Assembly: GCA_013239625.1 (NCBI GenBank)
Contig: MU053472.1
Span: 186,001 to 250,000 of the forward strand
Origin: Lama guanicoe
Lineage: Eukaryota
DNA: 64,000 nt
Reading direction: 5' to 3'
Positions 61,673 through 64,000 of the stretch are shown piece by piece; position 1 is the stretch's first letter; the number at the start of each line of letters is the position of its first letter. Below the pieces are notes generated by a model. The model saw nothing but the letters and a program-made list of their open reading frames with translations. It ran no database searches and was not told the origin of the DNA. The position numbers were made by a program, and so were the translations under genes.

Positions 61673-62236
61673 GTACAGTCTTGAATTTACCTGGAGCCTC
61701 TCTCTTTCTGCATATACATTCTTGCTTTCATACTCTTCTACATTATTGTTCTAACACTACTACTCCCTTTAGAACATTTTAAGATAAAACATTCCCTTTT
61801 AAATGTTTGTTAATGCTGTGTGTTCTTTCCTTGTCAGGTTTTCATCCTTGAAATTTTAAGTATTCAAATTTTTTTGATATTATTCAATATGGGTAAAATA
61901 GGCTTAGATTTTGTTTTAGTTCATAAAACTGGTAAAAAGCAGTTAATTGGCCAAAATCAAACTCTAGTGTTTGTTGGTATAGGATACAAGAGTGACAAAA
62001 GACATACTTTAATCATAATCAGTGCCTTTTAAAAATTGATTGAATTTATCATCCCTTTGGGTTACCTCTGTTAGTCTACCTTGTATATTAAAGTGGATAC
62101 AGTGTCACTGGAAACTGGAAACTGGATAAAAGAAATGAATTTTGTGACCAAGAATCTAAACTAGTTTTAGCTTTAGCTCTTTTAAACTAAGTTGCACTTA
62201 GTTCAATTCTTTTTTCTCTTACTTTGTAACTTGCAG

Positions 62237-62329
62237 CAAACAAAAGAAAAAGATGATTAAGAAGCCTTTGGAGAGAGAGAGCATTAGTACAACTCCAAAA
62301 TATTTTTTAGAAAAAGCTAAGGATACACA
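62237..62329 (+). CDS. DDX52: DDX52 exon 14 (93 nt); the CDS continues in a final exon beyond the window
   Basis: ttgcag|[32 protein letters not shown]; donor ACA|gtaagt, phase 2, no stop reached. Confidence 0.94.
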
Positions 62330-64000
62330 GTAAGTATATGGGGAAAGGGACTGTCTGGCTCGGTCGTGTAGTTATAGTAGGCATTATGTTCCCATGGGCT
62401 AAATTTTTAGAAGTGGAACTGATAGGTCTACAGTCCATTATAAAATGTAATAAAAGTAATATATCTTTGGTTGCCTATGATTTGGAAGCTTGGAATTCTT
62501 CTGTATGTGCATATTAGCGATTTGTTTTTCTCCATCTTTGAAAATATGGTTTCAGTTCACTGTGAATTAGAGTTGCACTGTCCACCATCTCCACACAGCC
62601 TGCACCTGAGCATACTCCTGTGGCTGGTAGTTAGGACTTCTGACTCCCGCTGATGGGATCTTCCTTGAAGCCCCACATTCTGGGTAGGGTTTCATTAAGA
62701 CCTTAGGCTTATGCAGAAGCACATTGTAACACCTCTGAACAGTACGACTTGGGTAAATTTTAGTGTTTTAGCTGAGTTTTTGAGGACTTTAAGGCATAGA
62801 TTTTTTAACATCCACACAGGACTACCTTTTTTGCCTGTCACTCCCAGGAAGCTACCTGATTTGATAGGGGTAAGCTAAAATATTCTGAGCAGTACTATTC
62901 TCTCTGCTATTTAAGGAAAATGACACTCTTCAAATTCTGTCAGTACCGGTTAATATATAACACATACAATGTGTTAGGCATTTACCAAGTCCTGTTGACC
63001 TGCCAGGTACTTGATGGTAGTAAGGTGTATGAATGGATGTAAAATGAGACCCCTCTCCTGAAGCTGGGGAAAGGAGATTAATGCACATGAAAAAAATGTA
63101 GAGAATAACTTCTAAATAAAATAGAAGTTTAGAGAAGGGAAACATCATTATGGATTGGTGTAGTTCCAGAAAGTTTCAAGGCGGCAGAACTGTCTTCAAG
63201 GATAGGTGACGTTCAGGCATGTAGAAGGAATGAGGTGGAGAAAGGCGAGAAGACTGGAGTGTGCTTTCTTTCCGAGTGAGAGTCTGCCTGACAATTCACA
63301 TTGACTATGGGAAGTCATGTTCAGCCCAGGTACATAGAGTGTGCAGAGTGGTTTTAAACTTTAATAACTTGGGGAGAAAAAAATGTGGCAAACGTATACA
63401 GTTGTATCATTTGAAAGTTATTTTAATGTCATTGTTCTTTTGTGCATTCTTAATACATGTTTTAATTTCAATTCTTTGTGGTAACAGTTCCTGAGTGACA
63501 CGAAGGTTCTCTGCTTGGTCACCTTCCCTGTCTCATTTGACTTTTTCTTGTGGTGGGCCGCTTCAGAATTGTGGCACTGCATCAGAACCTCATTCTTTGG
63601 GTGATCTTAAAGCTTATGATTAGAAGTGCAGTCCTTTCAGGCAGTGAGCAGCAGCTGATGAAAGTTTTTACGAAGGTCCAAAATCAACTAGAGCATAAGA
63701 TCGTGGCTATGTTGAATTTTAATAAGAAATATTGATATTTTAGGTAATTACACTCTAATTGTTGATTTTTGTAAGTTTGTGGCTTTTATGCTCTGAGGTT
63801 ATTGAAACTTAAAGTTGCACAAAGACTGAGGACACTTGGTATAAACCTTGTCACTGGTTCCCTGCTTAAAGATGCTTTGGTTGACTCTCCATTATCTTAT
63901 CATTTAAAGGCTGTACTTCTTAACATAGCTACAAACAAGACCTGATTTGACTCTGTCTTACTTTTCCACTATAGATGTTTTAATGATGTTACCCACATCT

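Noticed and set aside
62330..64000. DDX52 final coding exon and a MIR378J-like hairpin
   Set aside because: I found no phase-2 exon encoding the expected short Lys-rich tail and no matching miRNA sequence; the final exon is presumably past the window end.

Overview
Mammalian genomic DNA, most likely a camelid: it carries many tRNA-Ala-derived SINEs of the tylopod Vic-1 type, and I saw no Alu, B1/B2, Bov-tA or PRE-1 copies. The window is the region orthologous to human 17q12. It contains the 3' end of HNF1B on the + strand (penultimate coding exon 2119-2237; terminal exon from 10865 encoding CPLQAW-stop; 3'UTR to about 11830). A repeat-rich intergenic stretch of about 35 kb follows (L1, L2, L3/CR1, MIR, MLT1, hAT-Charlie, SINEs). 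Then come the promoter and coding exons 1-14 of DDX52 (ROK1-like DEAD-box helicase, + strand, ATG at 47194). All 14 exons have GT-AG boundaries and join in one open frame (1739 nt); the last coding exon lies beyond the window. Almost all ORFs in the supplied track are non-coding or repeat-derived. I see no evidence for a wholly new biological system. The best leads are: (i) a second reading frame in the HNF1B terminal exon that resembles the HNF1A terminal exon, (ii) a dense miRNA-site block in the HNF1B 3'UTR, (iii) candidate endoderm-type enhancers downstream of HNF1B, (iv) a possible in-frame cryptic exon in DDX52 intron 14, and (v) several odd repeat structures. Exon boundaries were read base by base. 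Repeat boundaries and subfamily names are approximate and from memory of consensus sequences, not from a search.
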